A stretch of DNA of 63,363 nt, filler included, from Craspedostauros australis (lineage: Eukaryota), in assembly GCA_030167865.1 (NCBI GenBank). It is 12 parts of 12 records of this genome, joined end to end, with 100 filler letters (N's around TTAATTAATTAA, not from the genome) between each part and the next. Parts side by side here need not be neighbours in the genome. Positions count along the whole stretch, not along the records: positions 1 to 24,544 come from JALAGF010003473.1; 11 more parts are not named here. One strand, 5' to 3'. Made by a program: the position numbers and the translations under genes. Positions 12,142 to 24,644 of the stretch are shown here, in pieces. Under the pieces are notes generated by a model, which saw only the letters and a program-made list of their open reading frames with translations, had not been told where the DNA came from and made no database searches. Each line of letters begins with the position of its first letter. Position 1 is the stretch's first letter.

Positions 12142-13440
12142 TCATGCCGCAGGCGCACTCTGACGCCTCAGCCCCATGGTCGGGAAGGCCGTCTCCATGA
12201 ACAGGGACAAAATTGCAGAGATGCAACCTTCCTCTTGGCCAGCGTCGGCAATATCGGTACCAAGGCTGGTTGCATTGGATTGATGAGCGTGTGCCCCAAC
12301 CGACGAGGGATGTTCAAGATCCATCGCCGTGGGTGCCGATTCGCTGCCACCGCTGCGGGGCGTTCGCATTGCATCCGAGCTGCCTCGAATCGGCGACGAG
12401 GCACGCAGGATCTGGCTGCGGCCATTGCGTCGAATGTCGTCCAAAACGACCATGAGCATCGCGACGAGCTGATCCAACAGGTTACGAGAAGCGGACTCGT
12501 TCCTGAGAGACTTGTGAGCAAGTCCGAGATTGTTCATCAGCACCATCGTGAACAGGAGGCACCGCGCAGGCGTTCCGTCATCCATCGCCGTCTCGTCGAG
12601 CACATTCTGGCGGTTGTGGCAAGATTGCGCGTACTCCTCCTCGGTGCGGTCGCTTTCCACCAGCTCGTAGGTCAAGTCATACAGCCGGATGGCACGTTCC
12701 ATGTGGCTGAGGCGCCCTTCTCTGCTGTTGGGATCTCGCACGATGTGCGTGTCGCAAGAGGGTGTCTTGGGCAATGGACTTTGTGACTGGGAGTGGTGAG
12801 CAAGGCCGTCTGTTGACGAAAGCGCCATCAGGTGGTAGGTGAGGGCGAGATTGAACATGATGACTGTTGGGATGGAATTGTTCAAGTCTTGCGCATCGAT
12901 TGTACCGGTGGTCGGCGATGGTGGCAGCTGGATTGGGGTGCTGTAGACGTTGTACATCTGCGCCGTAGCGTTTGGACTGTGCAGAACATGCGAGGATGAG
13001 CAATGCCCCTGCTTGGTGCCGAGGTGGTGATTTGCAACGTAACTTGAGTGAATTCCCATGTCATTGTTATTCCTTTGCTGCTGATATGGATATGATGTGA
13101 CCATGGGTGAGATTCCATCTTCGCCGCTCCGTTCAGAGGCGTTGCCATTGTGGCAGCAGTGTCGAGTTATGAGCGCATCGATATCCATGAAGTCTGTCAC
13201 CCAACTGCGATCTTGTCTCACGTTTTCGTGGCCGTTGCCGGACCACCTTGCCGGTGCCAAGCCAGTGTCCTGGTCGACAATCTTCTTGTATCGCCGCAAC
13301 GCGTTGGAGAACACCCCCAATGCCTGTCTGTAATCGCCAAGGTAAATGAAGAGACAGCCTTGGTTGGAGAGACCGATAAGTTCGGATATCTCTTGGGCTT
13401 GCGTTTGCGTTTCGCTTTGCGGCTGATTTACCCGTATCAT
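12142..13440 (-). CDS. TPR-like helical protein, same family (paralog B), 432 aa
   Basis: Motifs SNQGCLFIYLGDYRQA, VYSTPI, IMFNLALTYHL, AIRLYDLTY, NNLG and C-terminal APAA-stop, colinear with paralog A. Confidence 0.8.
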   Translation of the reverse strand: MIRVNQPQSETQTQAQEISELIGLSNQGCLFIYLGDYRQALGVFSNALRRYKKIVDQDTGLAPARWSGNGHENVRQDRSWVTDFMDIDALITRHCCHNGNASERSGEDGISPMVTSYPYQQQRNNNDMGIHSSYVANHHLGTKQGHCSSSHVLHSPNATAQMYNVYSTPIQLPPSPTTGTIDAQDLNNSIPTVIMFNLALTYHLMALSSTDGLAHHSQSQSPLPKTPSCDTHIVRDPNSREGRLSHMERAIRLYDLTYELVESDRTEEEYAQSCHNRQNVLDETAMDDGTPARCLLFTMVLMNNLGLAHKSLRNESASRNLLDQLVAMLMVVLDDIRRNGRSQILRASSPIRGSSDAMRTPRSGGSESAPTAMDLEHPSSVGAHAHQSNATSLGTDIADAGQEEGCISAILSLFMETAFPTMGLRRQSAPAA

Positions 13441-16400
13441 GGTTACTCCTTGTTGGTGATGAGTGATTGGTTGTTGAGTGATTCCTGCTGAGTGATTGAT
13501 TGAATTAATGAGTGCGCGAAGCTTTTTATGAGATTGATGGTGAGGCGATGGTAAGCACGAGAGCTTCCTCCCTTGAGTGATGTGGATGTTTATGTCGATA
13601 GTATCAGCGTGCTCGTATGCTCATGGGTACAAGTATTGTAGTATGCTCGTGGATAGTGATGGGAGCACCATGTGATGAAGGCGAGAACAAGGACACTATC
13701 TGCGACAGACCGAGAGCGCAACCAGGTCGGGATGGATGCAATATTCTGTCGATGCAAGTCTCCTCGCTCGCTGAGAGGCATTTCTGCCATTGCCGATAGT
13801 GATTGATCAATGATTGGTTCGCCACAGCGCTGGATCGTCGACCCTCGCATCCTCCTCCCTTGGACTTTCCGTGGTGATCATTCGACCAGCAGGCAGCCGG
13901 CGTGCTTCTCGTCATGTTCTTGCCTCTGGTCTTGGTTTGCAATAGCCGTGCATCACACAGCGCGCTTGCACGAGCACCAGCCGCAAAGAAGGAGAGTAAT
14001 TCTTCGCCACGTCGCGTTTGCGCTTTGGCTTGCAGTTGGGCTTGCGTTTTTGTTGCACCGCTTTGTCCAGGCTCGATCTTGACAACTCTCGGGGCCATAC
14101 AGTATGATCATTCCGCACCTGTCGTGGTTTGACACATCTCTTGTTCGTCGATCGTCTCGTGCTGAACCCATCATCATGATCGTGGGGTAGCGTGTCCAAC
14201 GAAACAGCAGAGATACTCGTTGTGGCCTTGCGATGGCGGTTTTGGCGCTGCCAGAGCTTTCTCATCCTTGTGTTGCGTTCGCGGCTCCATCTGTCGCTTG
14301 TGCTTACGAACGACTCTACGATGGTACGAGTTTGCCTTGTTTCGGTCGCTCACAGTTACCCAAGGGGATTCGTGATTCTTGGCCGTCCTTTTTGTTCTGC
14401 GAATCCTCGGATACCGGCATTCTTGTCCAACAACAGCAATCTGCGTTCGCGCTTGGGTGCGATCTGTGGATGCAATCGACTGTGTGAGACAGTGGAAGTG
14501 AATGATAATCTGTTCTTATCTGCCCTCGCAGCACGAGCAGAGAGCACATCCCCAGCCACAATTCCTCCCTGCTCTTGTTCCCTCTGGAGATTAGCGCGAG
14601 GATCTTGAGACTCGTCAGCCCTCGCCAGAGAATCGCAAAGCTCGTGGATCAATCAATGGCCAACGCCGTACTTTTGCTGTGCGGACATTCACGATGACTC
14701 TCGACTCCGAACTTGGTCCACATCCGCGCGACATCTGGATAGATCACGATCTGCGCCAATACTGGGACACAGGCTTTGCCCTTCTTTGCTGCATCCTTCA
14801 ACCTCGAGACATCGCCACAGACATTACGTGTAGGCTCCGAGAAAGGAAGAATGCACTCTGCGGTGTATCAGTGTGAGCTGTAGCCGCTTGTAGATTGGGA
14901 ACTCTGCTCCATCGGACGCCAACAGGGGTGGCACGGTTACCAGTCGCCTGGTCTTTTTGCGACTTCACCGAGGGGGAAGCAACGTCATCTTCTCCTCGCT
15001 CAGCGCATCGCTGGTGATGTCAGCTGCCGCCATCTTCATTGTTACCAGTGGTGGAGGGAAGACTGGGGCAAGAATTTGTCAAGCAGTGGCGCAGTCCTGA
15101 ATCCAAGTACCGTGCGAACATCACATTAAATCACATCACGCTATCTCGGTGTCGGCAATTGGTGTGTGGGATGCGGGCGCGGATGTCGCATCGTGCTGTT
15201 GGCGTCTGCCTTGCTTCTTGTTTCCGAGTACCCATGTGTGTACGTGCGATGGTGTTATAGCTCGTACCATATCCTCTTGCAAGTGGTAGAATACCGCTAC
15301 CCCACTCCTCACGTTTCAGTTGCTCCAAGTGCCCGGTTTGTACGCATTCTCGTAGCCGGAGATGGATCAGACCATGAATGTCAACCACAAGCGCAGGATC
15401 ATCGAATCATGCAGTTCTCGTGTGGCAGAACGCAAGCACAAGATGTTCAAGATCATATTACAGTATCAGTCGGCCACGAGCATGTGCTGGAGTGATCCGG
15501 CACGTCCGCAAGCATGTGCGATGGTGCACAATTGCAACACGTCTGATGTGATGGCGCCGCACCAGTACGCTTATGTGTGACACCAACTCATTTCCGAAGA
15601 CGGGCTTTGAACGTTTGACTCGACAGCGCACCGTCTCCGAGAGTGGAAACTTCAGAAAGAGGGAGAGACCATGGTCTCCTTGGACGCCTTCGTGGGCGCC
15701 TCCTTGATACGAGCACGCATCGAGCAGTTCATTCACCCCTTGCAGCAGAACGACCAGGCACCGCTCATTCCCGCAACTTGCGCTCGCGCTCTGCATCCTT
15801 CTTCAGCACACCAAATACTTGTAGCATGGCGTTGCATTGCATCATGGTATCTACTACCTGTTGGGCTTGGGGTGGCCATCGTGCAGACTCCTTTCGAGTA
15901 TGTTGCTCGTACTTGCAGCTCTTGCTTGTACCACACTCTCCTGTGGCATCTGGGGCATCACCAACTTGCCATCGCCATCATCATCATCACCAACACCACC
16001 ATCACCAACAACAACGACAAGTGTTCTGTTGTTTGCTGTGTTGGATGGATCGTCGATGTTCCCCTAAAAAATGAACACAATGCAAAACTTTTGTAAGGCC
16101 GTTTGAGTCACGCTCAGACATCGAATACGTGACTGATACAGGCTTTTCAAAAAGAACGAAAAATACTCCGTGACTTCGTGTCGACTTAGTCGTTCGGAGT
16201 AACTGATTGTGGTCTTGAATAGTGATGGAGTGTCATCAAACAGGCCCAACTACTCTTCTTGACCACATCAGCATCACGCCAAGTCATTTTGGCAGAAAAT
16301 GGACAAGTCACAACACCTGCTTTGATCCATTCAGGCATCAGTGATATCCACGTTTGGAAAGTACGCGGTCGCGAAAACGAAACCAAAACATCACCGTGGT

Positions 16401-16661
16401 CACAGCTCGTCACGTCACCGAATTGATTGATGCGTACGTCGAACTGCAGAGTTGCGACATTTGACGCCCAAACGCTCACGGAATCAACCACCAACACAGA
16501 TGATGACACAGAGGCCTTTGCAAATGTCCCACATCCATCAACTCCACCCCATCACAATTGAAAACGAGACGCAAGAATTGCATCACCTCACATCACTTCA
16601 CATCCTACGAAGACCGCAACCACAGGAAGCAAAGAAGGACTTTGAAGATTAGTGAAGCACC

Positions 16662-18686
16662 ATGACACTCACGGTATGCGGTACGTCGCACAGTGCTCTC
16701 AAGTGGAATAATGTGTGGTAGAGTGATACTACTATACTCTCCACCATGGAGAGAGAATACTCCGCATCGCTCACATTGATGAGTTGCGTTGTAATGAGGC
16801 AATGATGCAGCATGATGCTTGTTCGCACGCCGTTGCCACCTCCAGATTTCGCATGCATCATGCCACCATGTCATGTAGTGTGCGCAGTGGCATCTCCCCT
16901 CCCACAGGATCATTCATGTATTATAGAATACCATCGAACTCACACTCCGGATGGAACCAACCTCTTCACACCACGCTCTACGGACCATACGCGCACAATC
17001 TTTTGGCCGATACTACGCCATACAATGCCATACAATGCCATACAATACCATAACGTACAATGAACAGTCGGAGCCAGCGGATCGGGGAAGACGACCTTCC
17101 TCAACGATGTGCACAAATCGCACAAGTGCATCTATATTCGGCAGTACCATTCCCTGCGTCCGTATATCGTCGTTAACCGGATTCCGAACTTTGATCCAGT
17201 GCAGCTGCCGTACTGGGACACCTATGTGAGGGAGGAAAAGACGGAGAGCATCCAGGTGGGTGGCACCATGGCCGGCGAGTTCACCGCGGGGCTGAGCGGC
17301 GGGCAGCGAAAGCTCCTGCTCTTCGAACTCATCCATCAGCGCACGGCCAGCCAGAAGGACCTCCTCATCGTCCTCGATGAACCCTTCGCCGGCGTCACTG
17401 ATGACTTCGTCCCCTTCATCACGGAGCGTCTCAACAGCCTGCGCCAGAACAACAACATCCTCCTCGTCACCAACGATCACGTCAACGTGCTCACGGCCAT
17501 GGCGGACAACACCATCACCGTGAGCGCCATCGACCGCACCAAGGTCAAGGTCAACCAGCGTGAGGCCGTCGACAGGGAGGTCGCATTGGCCGCCATGTCC
17601 CTCGGAAAGGACTACCACTTCGAATCGGCATCCAGCTCGGACTGGAGCTTCTTCTGGGACGTCGAGGTCGCCTCCAACAAGCAGCTGCTCGGCGTCTTCG
17701 TTTCCACCTTCATCTTCTTCGGTCTCTTCGTCGCGACCTACTGGAACAGCATCCCCGGCAACGAAAGTCTCCTCCTGGTCGGCGGTGGAATGCTCACGTT
17801 CTTCGCTGCGCAACCCTACCTCCTCACTTGCCCCGCTTGGCGCGTCACGGTCACGGAAGAAGCCGAGGCGCTGATGCATTCCTCCAAGCGCAACAACAAG
17901 CTCTGGAAGGCGTTGCTCTTCATCTTCTTCGCCAACATCATCAATATCGTCTACTTCGGATGCATCCAGCTCGTCATCGACACCATGAGAGATTTCCGCT
18001 TCTTCGTCGCCATCACCTTCGACGTCGCCGCCTTGACCTTCCCCTACCTCCTCGTCGGTGTCTACTCCGATCTCTCTTTCGAGAACGTGCAGATCATTGG
18101 CAGCCTGCCGTTCCTCCTCATGGTCTTCTTCTCCACGACCCTGAGTCCAGGCGCCGGCATCCCGGGCCTCAAGGCCCTGCGATACCTGTTCGCTCGATTC
18201 TACTTCTGGTGCATGGTGCCCGTCGTGAAGGACGACATGGAGGGATGCCCCAAGTCAGATACCACGATCCTGATCTGCCTCATTTTCGCGTCCCTGCTCG
18301 GCGTGTTCCTCTTCGTCTTCTACATGGGCATCGGAGCGCTGCAGAAGAAGCTGGCCGACAAGGGCGCCGTCGCGCGACGCAAGACCATCCAGACGACATC
18401 GGTGTTCCTGGAGTTGCAGGACGAGCTGTACGGATCCAACACCAAGGATCGATTGGCCAAGGCGACGGTCGGGTTGGATCCAAGCGAGATGCTGTCGACG
18501 GCGGATGGCCCGGATTCGACCGTCATCAAGGATGCCACCAGCCCCACGCGCAAGATTTCACAGGATGACAGCGACAACTCCACCGGGGAGCAGAATGGTA
18601 TCGTCCGAAACGTTTCGGCACTGTCCGGCGCCAGCGATGGTGTCGATGACGATGACGACGATGACGAGGGCGAGTTTTGCGCATGA
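16662..18686 (+). CDS. ABC half-transporter (NBD then TMD, ABCG-like topology) with a very compact NBD; exons 16662-16680 and 17068-18686
   Basis: Donor GTACGT at 16681 and acceptor CAG ending at 17067 give MTLTVCVGASGSGKTT (Walker A). Signature LSGGQ, Walker B LIVLDEP and LLVTNDH follow, then about six hydrophobic helices. Confidence 0.88.
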
Positions 18687-19192
18687 GCGTCGGCGTCAAC
18701 GTAGCTTGTTGGGCGTTGCATCTTCCATGTCAAGAAAGCACAGGCGAGATGGAACATTATGGATATGAATGTAAATTGTGCTAATATAATCATAGAAATG
18801 GAGTCAATGATTTTGGAAAGGGCAAGACATGAAATCGTACTGTATTACATTGTTTGCGATCGCGAAGTTGTGGTGAAGCGTTTTCTCTGTTGAGGTGTTG
18901 ACGGATCCATCTCTAGCCCCATTCCTGTAGCCTTCTTTTTGATTTGGCTGAAGTGGTGGGACAGAATTGGATCAACGAAAGAACACACGATGTGACAAAC
19001 CACACACCAGCGCTCATTACTTCTCACCATACAAGATCGCTTCTGCTACATCTCCATCAGCCAAGACATCCACCAACAGCACAAGAGAGAGAGAGAGAGA
19101 GAGAGACGGCTGATCATTTTGACGGCCACCGACGCAGGACTACAGAGCAGAGGCACCAAGCACTCACAGCAAGCACCAACGTACAGTCAACG

Positions 19193-19390
19193 ATGACTGC
19201 CGCACGATCCGCCGCATCCAAGCTGATCCAACGCAGGGCGTTGCAGGGATCCTTCTCGTCCGTCTTCTACTTGAAGAATGCCGGCTGGGGCAAGGCCGCA
19301 AAGGAATCCGAACAGATCTTCGTCGTCACCATCGTCTTTCCCATGGCCGTGCTGGGGGCGGGCGGGGCCTGGCACATGCTCAAGGCTTGA
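19193..19390 (+). CDS. Candidate 65-aa single-pass membrane micro-protein, possibly mitochondrial
   Basis: MTAARSAASKLIQRRALQG is basic, hydroxylated and free of acidic residues; a hydrophobic segment IFVVTIVFPMAVLGAGGAW follows. Codons are C/G-ending and the leader is CA-rich. Confidence 0.55.
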   Translation: MTAARSAASKLIQRRALQGSFSSVFYLKNAGWGKAAKESEQIFVVTIVFPMAVLGAGGAWHMLKA

Positions 19391-21016
19391 AGGCCTGCGC
19401 GCGAGCGGTCGCATCCGTTGCCTGCAGATGCATCCGATACAGAGTTCTCCGAAAGAATGTGAAAGGCTATCATGATGAATGAATGACGAAGGCACTTGGA
19501 GAGATCGAAGACATGCAGTTCTTCTTTTATCATTGGAGGCAACGGTGTCATCATCATCAGAGATGCAAAATCGCAAGGATCCAATTGAATGCATCAGGAT
19601 TCGATGAGAAGAGCACTCCTACTTGTATTCAACGGCCACGAATAGTCCAACCGTTTCACCTTGACTTGGTCTGCACTTGTCTTCGTGTGGCGATTCTAGG
19701 GGCGATTGCTGCCGTCAGCATCGTCGTCGTCATTGTACTAGCAACATGCGACTACCCGCAATCTATGGGAGTATTTGCGCACTCCCGTCATTCTCAGATG
19801 GGCGAAGATGCTGGTGGTCCACCGAGCGCAGGAATGGACCAGTACGCACCGATCGAGCATCATCATTTGCGCCCACATCAGGCCATGGCTCCCTGCTTCT
19901 CTTCTTTTCACTTTGGAATGCTGGCGCCATCGTAGTATCCCTCACACCATCGCCGTGAACATATAGTCCAGCGCCAGAATGGCTCCTACCTCCTTCGTCG
20001 CGCACTTCGCGTCGCGACTGATGGGCTCGCATGCTTCGTCTTCCATGTCCTCGCGAATGCGCACTGTCGCTGTTGTTATTGCTCTCTCAACCGGCGTTAG
20101 TGTGCACAACTTTCTGCTATCTTGCGATGGGAAATGGAATGAGTCGGTCACTCGGTTCTTGCAAAAGTACGGCGTCTGGACGGCGGTTGTTTGGCTCCTT
20201 GTCATTTGCTTCGTCATGGTGGCTCTTGGAGTGATTTGGAGTGCCCCTGTCCATGTACGTTGAATGCTATCGGGTCCTTCAAGGCCGATGAAGGAATAAG
20301 TGGAGCTGCAACCATTCCGTCGTTATTTTCGTTGTCCCCACCACTGGCTCATCAGAAACACAGAAGTATCGCTTGTGTAGCGATGGAGAACATGGCAATG
20401 GCGTCGACGGTTCCTTACTGTTTTGTATGTAGTGGTTGCAGATTCCGCTTGTGCTGCCGTTGGATATGGGCATGGGCATGGAACCCGCCTTCCTGCCGCC
20501 GCATGCAATTGATCCTTCGTGGAACTCACCGAAGCTTGGGACATGGATCAGTCCAAACTTCCTCGTCATTGCAGATTGTTGTACTGTATTACGTGCATCT
20601 GGTCGATACGATTGCTACTTCCTTTGCTACTTTTTGCGAGTGTGCTCCCTTTCCTACAATTGCGGTTGTGATTGCGATGACGGCTGTCGCTGTCTTTGGA
20701 CGAAGATCATATAATAGATCACATCATATAATACGTGCTGTTTGGAGAGGTCATCCAATGGAGCAGCAAAGGCGCGAGGAGCAAGGCAATCAGAAATCTG
20801 TTGCTCGGTATCTCAGCAAAAGTGCATGGGGATGGCAATGCTCCCGTGCCACATAACGTCCATGATCCTCAACATGGCATCAACGATCAACGATCGACGA
20901 TCGACTGCAAATATCTGTTGCCTTTGCTCTGGTATCTCCAAAGGAAGTTCTCGCTCGCCTCCCTCTCGCAGAGTAGATCTTCCCGTCAATACAATTTCCC
21001 CCATCTCCAACAACCC

Positions 21017-21098
21017 TCACGAACTAGCCACCAACCATTGCTAACCATTGCCAACCCTCACGAACCAGCCACCAACCGTTGCCAACCATTGCCAACCT
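21017..21098 (+). repeat. About 41-bp tandem duplication built from CCAACCATTG-like subunits
   Basis: tcacgaac(t/c)agccaccaacc(a/g)ttgc(t/c)aaccattgccaacc occurs twice. Confidence 0.8.
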
Positions 21099-21726
21099 CC
21101 AGGATCTGCCTTCTCTCAACCGCCGGTGAGCATCAGCACCTGTTAGCACTGCCTGTGGCGAACATGATGGAAACGGATTTGGCTGACGGAGACGAGTGAT
21201 TCGTTTGCGTCATGTGACACGATCGTGGAACAAACAGCAATCACAACGGAGCTGTCAAATCGACGATGACTTGTCAGCCAACGAGATGGTCATCCGTTTT
21301 GTGGCGATGGGTACTTGTGGAATCGGTCGGATGACAGACGATGACAAAACAAGTTGAAACGGGATTGGCTAACGGATATACGAACATCCATTGACGAACA
21401 CAAACGTGGCGAATGTTGTTTCCAAACAAACGGACAAAGTTCGCGCCAGAAATCGCCAATCGCACAAGAATGACTGCGTGAAGGAAAGATGAGCGATGTG
21501 AAATGACGTGATGCCACGTGATGTGATGTGAACATTGTTGCACTAGTAGATACGACTTCGTGACAGCGAGATGAAGAGATGCGTTTGCAAATACCTATTA
21601 TAATATATACACCATCAAGTTTCAGCCGCTTGGACATGAAGCCCTTGCACCACCATTCCATCAAAGCATCGTTCCACAGCTTTGACGACACAACCATTCA
21701 GCTATTCAACGGTCCAACCATCCATC

Positions 21727-21780
21727 AAGACAACAACTGAAGACAACAACTGAAGACAACAATTGAAGACAACAATTGAA
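21727..21780 (+). repeat. 13-bp tandem repeat (AAGACAACAA[C/T]TG) x4 upstream of the PDZ gene
   Basis: Directly visible in the sequence. Confidence 0.8.
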
Positions 21781-21830
21781 AAAGTGAAGAGCAGGTGTTG
21801 AGTTGTTGGCAAAGAGCCGATGAGACGTTG

Positions 21831-24544
21831 ATGAAGATGGTGATTGTCAATCCGTACGCCAAGAAGCATCGGCAGGGCATCGCGTGCTCATCATCCGCTG
21901 GTTTCAAGGCACGCAATGCATCCAAAGCAGGTGTTGTATCGAAGGCTTCGATGCGCAAGCCCTTGTCATCACCACCAGCAACAGCAACAGCAACAACATC
22001 ATCCATCAGCCGCTCGCATCCTCCCAGTGTCACACCTCCGCATACAATTGCAAGCACAAGCACAAGCACAAACACATTTACACAGGAGAAGACTGCGAGT
22101 TCCACGAACAACAGCAGCCTATCCGCGAAGGCCAGCAGCAAGGCCAACACCAAGACCAGCAGCAACCAACCATCTGCCAGAAAGCGTCTCATGATGGTCG
22201 AACAAGCGCGCCGATCTTCCGTTCTGGCAAACAAGAAGGGGTCGCAGACGAAGGTCTCCCTGAAGCGTTCATTGAAGCAACAGATCGCAGAGCTCAAGCG
22301 ACAGCAGCAGATGAAGAAGCTCGAAAAAGAGAGGCAGAAACAGCAGCTGATTCAACGAAAGGCTCAGCAGAAGGTTGCTCAGGAGCAGTTGAAGCAACGG
22401 CAACTTGTGAAGCAGAAGCGACAGCTCGAGCTGCAGCAAGCGCGCATGCAGCATGAACGCGACCAGCTTGAGAAACGGAAGTTGCAGGAGCAGCGCAAGC
22501 AGCAAAAGGAGAATGAACGGATAGAGAAGGATCGTCAGCGTTTGGCCAAGCTGCAACAGAAGGAGCGGCAGCAACGGTTGTCGCAACCATCATCACATTC
22601 TCAACAGTCATCACAATCATATTCACGGCATGGACAGGCAGTTCAACTTACAAAAGCTGGTATCAGCTGTATTCAATTGAATGAGGCGAATCCAACTGCT
22701 CTAAGACACGCTGCTTCGATCAACGGCGCTGCAATGCAAACGCAACTATTGCAGCCACAACACCAGGCGCAAACAGCACCCACAACAGCAACAACAGCAA
22801 CAACAGCAACAACAGCAACAACAACAACAACGCGGGTCGACAGCGCCGGGATACAAATCAATCGATCATCGGCGCATCCATCCACAGCACCAATGTCGCC
22901 TGCAGAAGTATCAGCCAACGACGGCACTTCCTTCCACCTGGTGCAAGCGTTGTCGCCGATGCAGTCACAGTCACCGATGTCGTTGTCACCGCTTCCGTCT
23001 TCCATCTCGCCTATCACGAAGTCCATCTTCGACGAGGTCAAACATCAAGGGTACGCCAACAACACCAACAACAACTGGACCCTGCTTCCCAACACATCTG
23101 AAAATGCGCTCATTCCCATCGCTGGAAGCGGCAACCAACATGCAATCGACGCGATGACGTCGGCGGCTACTTACCAGCAACAGCAGCAGCAGGGACAGCA
23201 GCAGATGAATGCACATCCCACCACGCTGGCTGCACGGATCTCAAATTTCTCTTTCATGCAACTCAACCAGCATCCCCAGAATCAGTACAACCAGCCATGG
23301 AGCAACATTCAGCCTTTCCACAATCCAATTGGACAGTCATTCAATCCGCAAGCGATAGGCATGATACATCCCACGAACCAGCCACTGTACTCTTTCCAAC
23401 ACAGTCGGCAAACCGCATATGATTGCACTGACCATGCTCCAATCCAGCAGACTCAATTCGCTTCGCATCTTGGCCAGAATCCCTCAGCTGGTGCAGTCCA
23501 CCAACAGGCAACAGCACCACCACACCCAATTGTCCAGGCCGGAACGATGAACTTCCAACATCAACAAACCCCGATGTCCCAGCCATTCATCCCTCACATC
23601 AATCATCACAAGGTTGCACCACTTCAACATACCCAGCTTCAGCACGTTCCGGTCTCCAACAATGCGAACCACGTACATGTACCGATTGTGCCACATGCTT
23701 CTCCCCTTCCAATTGCGGCGCAGATTCCAACACAGCGCAAACCGAAGCCACGGCCAAGTATCTCTGCATCTGACAAGTTCCGATCTGTCCTCTGCACCAA
23801 TCCGCACCTGCCTCCATCACCGTTCGCCACAATGCATCAGCTGCTGCCGTTCACGATCAAGATCGTCAAACCGGCATCGGGAAATGAGGGGTTCGGTGTC
23901 AACATCAAGCATGAGCAGCAATCGGCGCTCGTCGATCCCTCGTGGTTGGATGAGCAGGTGGGCATGAATGTTCAATCATCAACGCTCGTGACAGCACCAG
24001 CGGTGGCACCAACGTCAGTCTCCGCTGCGACACCGAAGCGCAACATTCGTCGCCGGCGGGTCTTCTTCGGCGTAATGATGGTGGTCCACACCGGCACACA
24101 AAACACCCGACATCCTGCAACCGTCCACAAAGACGCACTTCTTCAACCGAATGACATCATCCTGTCCGTCGATGGTCAAAACGTCGCCGGAAGAAGGTTC
24201 GCCGATGCCATCGGTTTGTTCAAGCATTGCAAGGCTGCTGAAGGAAGTCAGGTGATCGAGGCGACGTTGACGATCGCACGTCAAGTGCGGCCAAGACCAG
24301 TCACGACGGCACGGTCAACACCGAAACCGACCGCAGCATCATTATCCTCGTCAACGCCATCGTCCAACCTCGCACCCGCCAAGACGGTCCCGTCCGTGCC
24401 ACAAGCCACGCAGCAAACCACACTCATTCCCTCTGCGCTGCAACCGGTTGCTGCAATCAAAGCACCCACGAAGGTGTATCAGACTGGTGACTTTTCAGCA
24501 CTGGAACGGGCGCTGGTGGCAACGTGCATGATGCAAGCACTGTC
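21831..24544 (+). CDS. Large low-complexity protein: N-terminal NPYAKK motif, K/Q/E coiled coil, Q/H/P-rich region and a PDZ-like domain; 3' end truncated by the contig end
   Basis: Frame is open for more than 900 codons. PDZ-like motifs are IKIVKP...EGFGVNI and LLQPNDIILSVDGQNVAGRRFADAIGLFK...TLTIAR. Confidence 0.75.
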
Positions 24545-24644
24545 NNNNNNNNNNNNNNNNNNNNNNNNNNNNNNNNNNNNNNNNNNNNTTAATTAATTAA
24601 NNNNNNNNNNNNNNNNNNNNNNNNNNNNNNNNNNNNNNNNNNNN
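24545..24644. other. Artificial contig linker (N44-TTAATTAATTAA-N44); recurs at 28087, 31561, 36562, 42798, 45039, 47280, 50595, 54456, 58068 and 60855
   Basis: Identical 100-bp spacer with stop codons in all six frames. Confidence 0.99.

Noticed and set aside
8820..16600. Numerous 60-300 aa ORFs in the long intergenic regions (for example 10106-10990, 9216-9890, 15671-16096)
   Set aside because: No recognisable motifs or codon bias. A decayed gene fragment near 15550-15780 is possible but unsupported.
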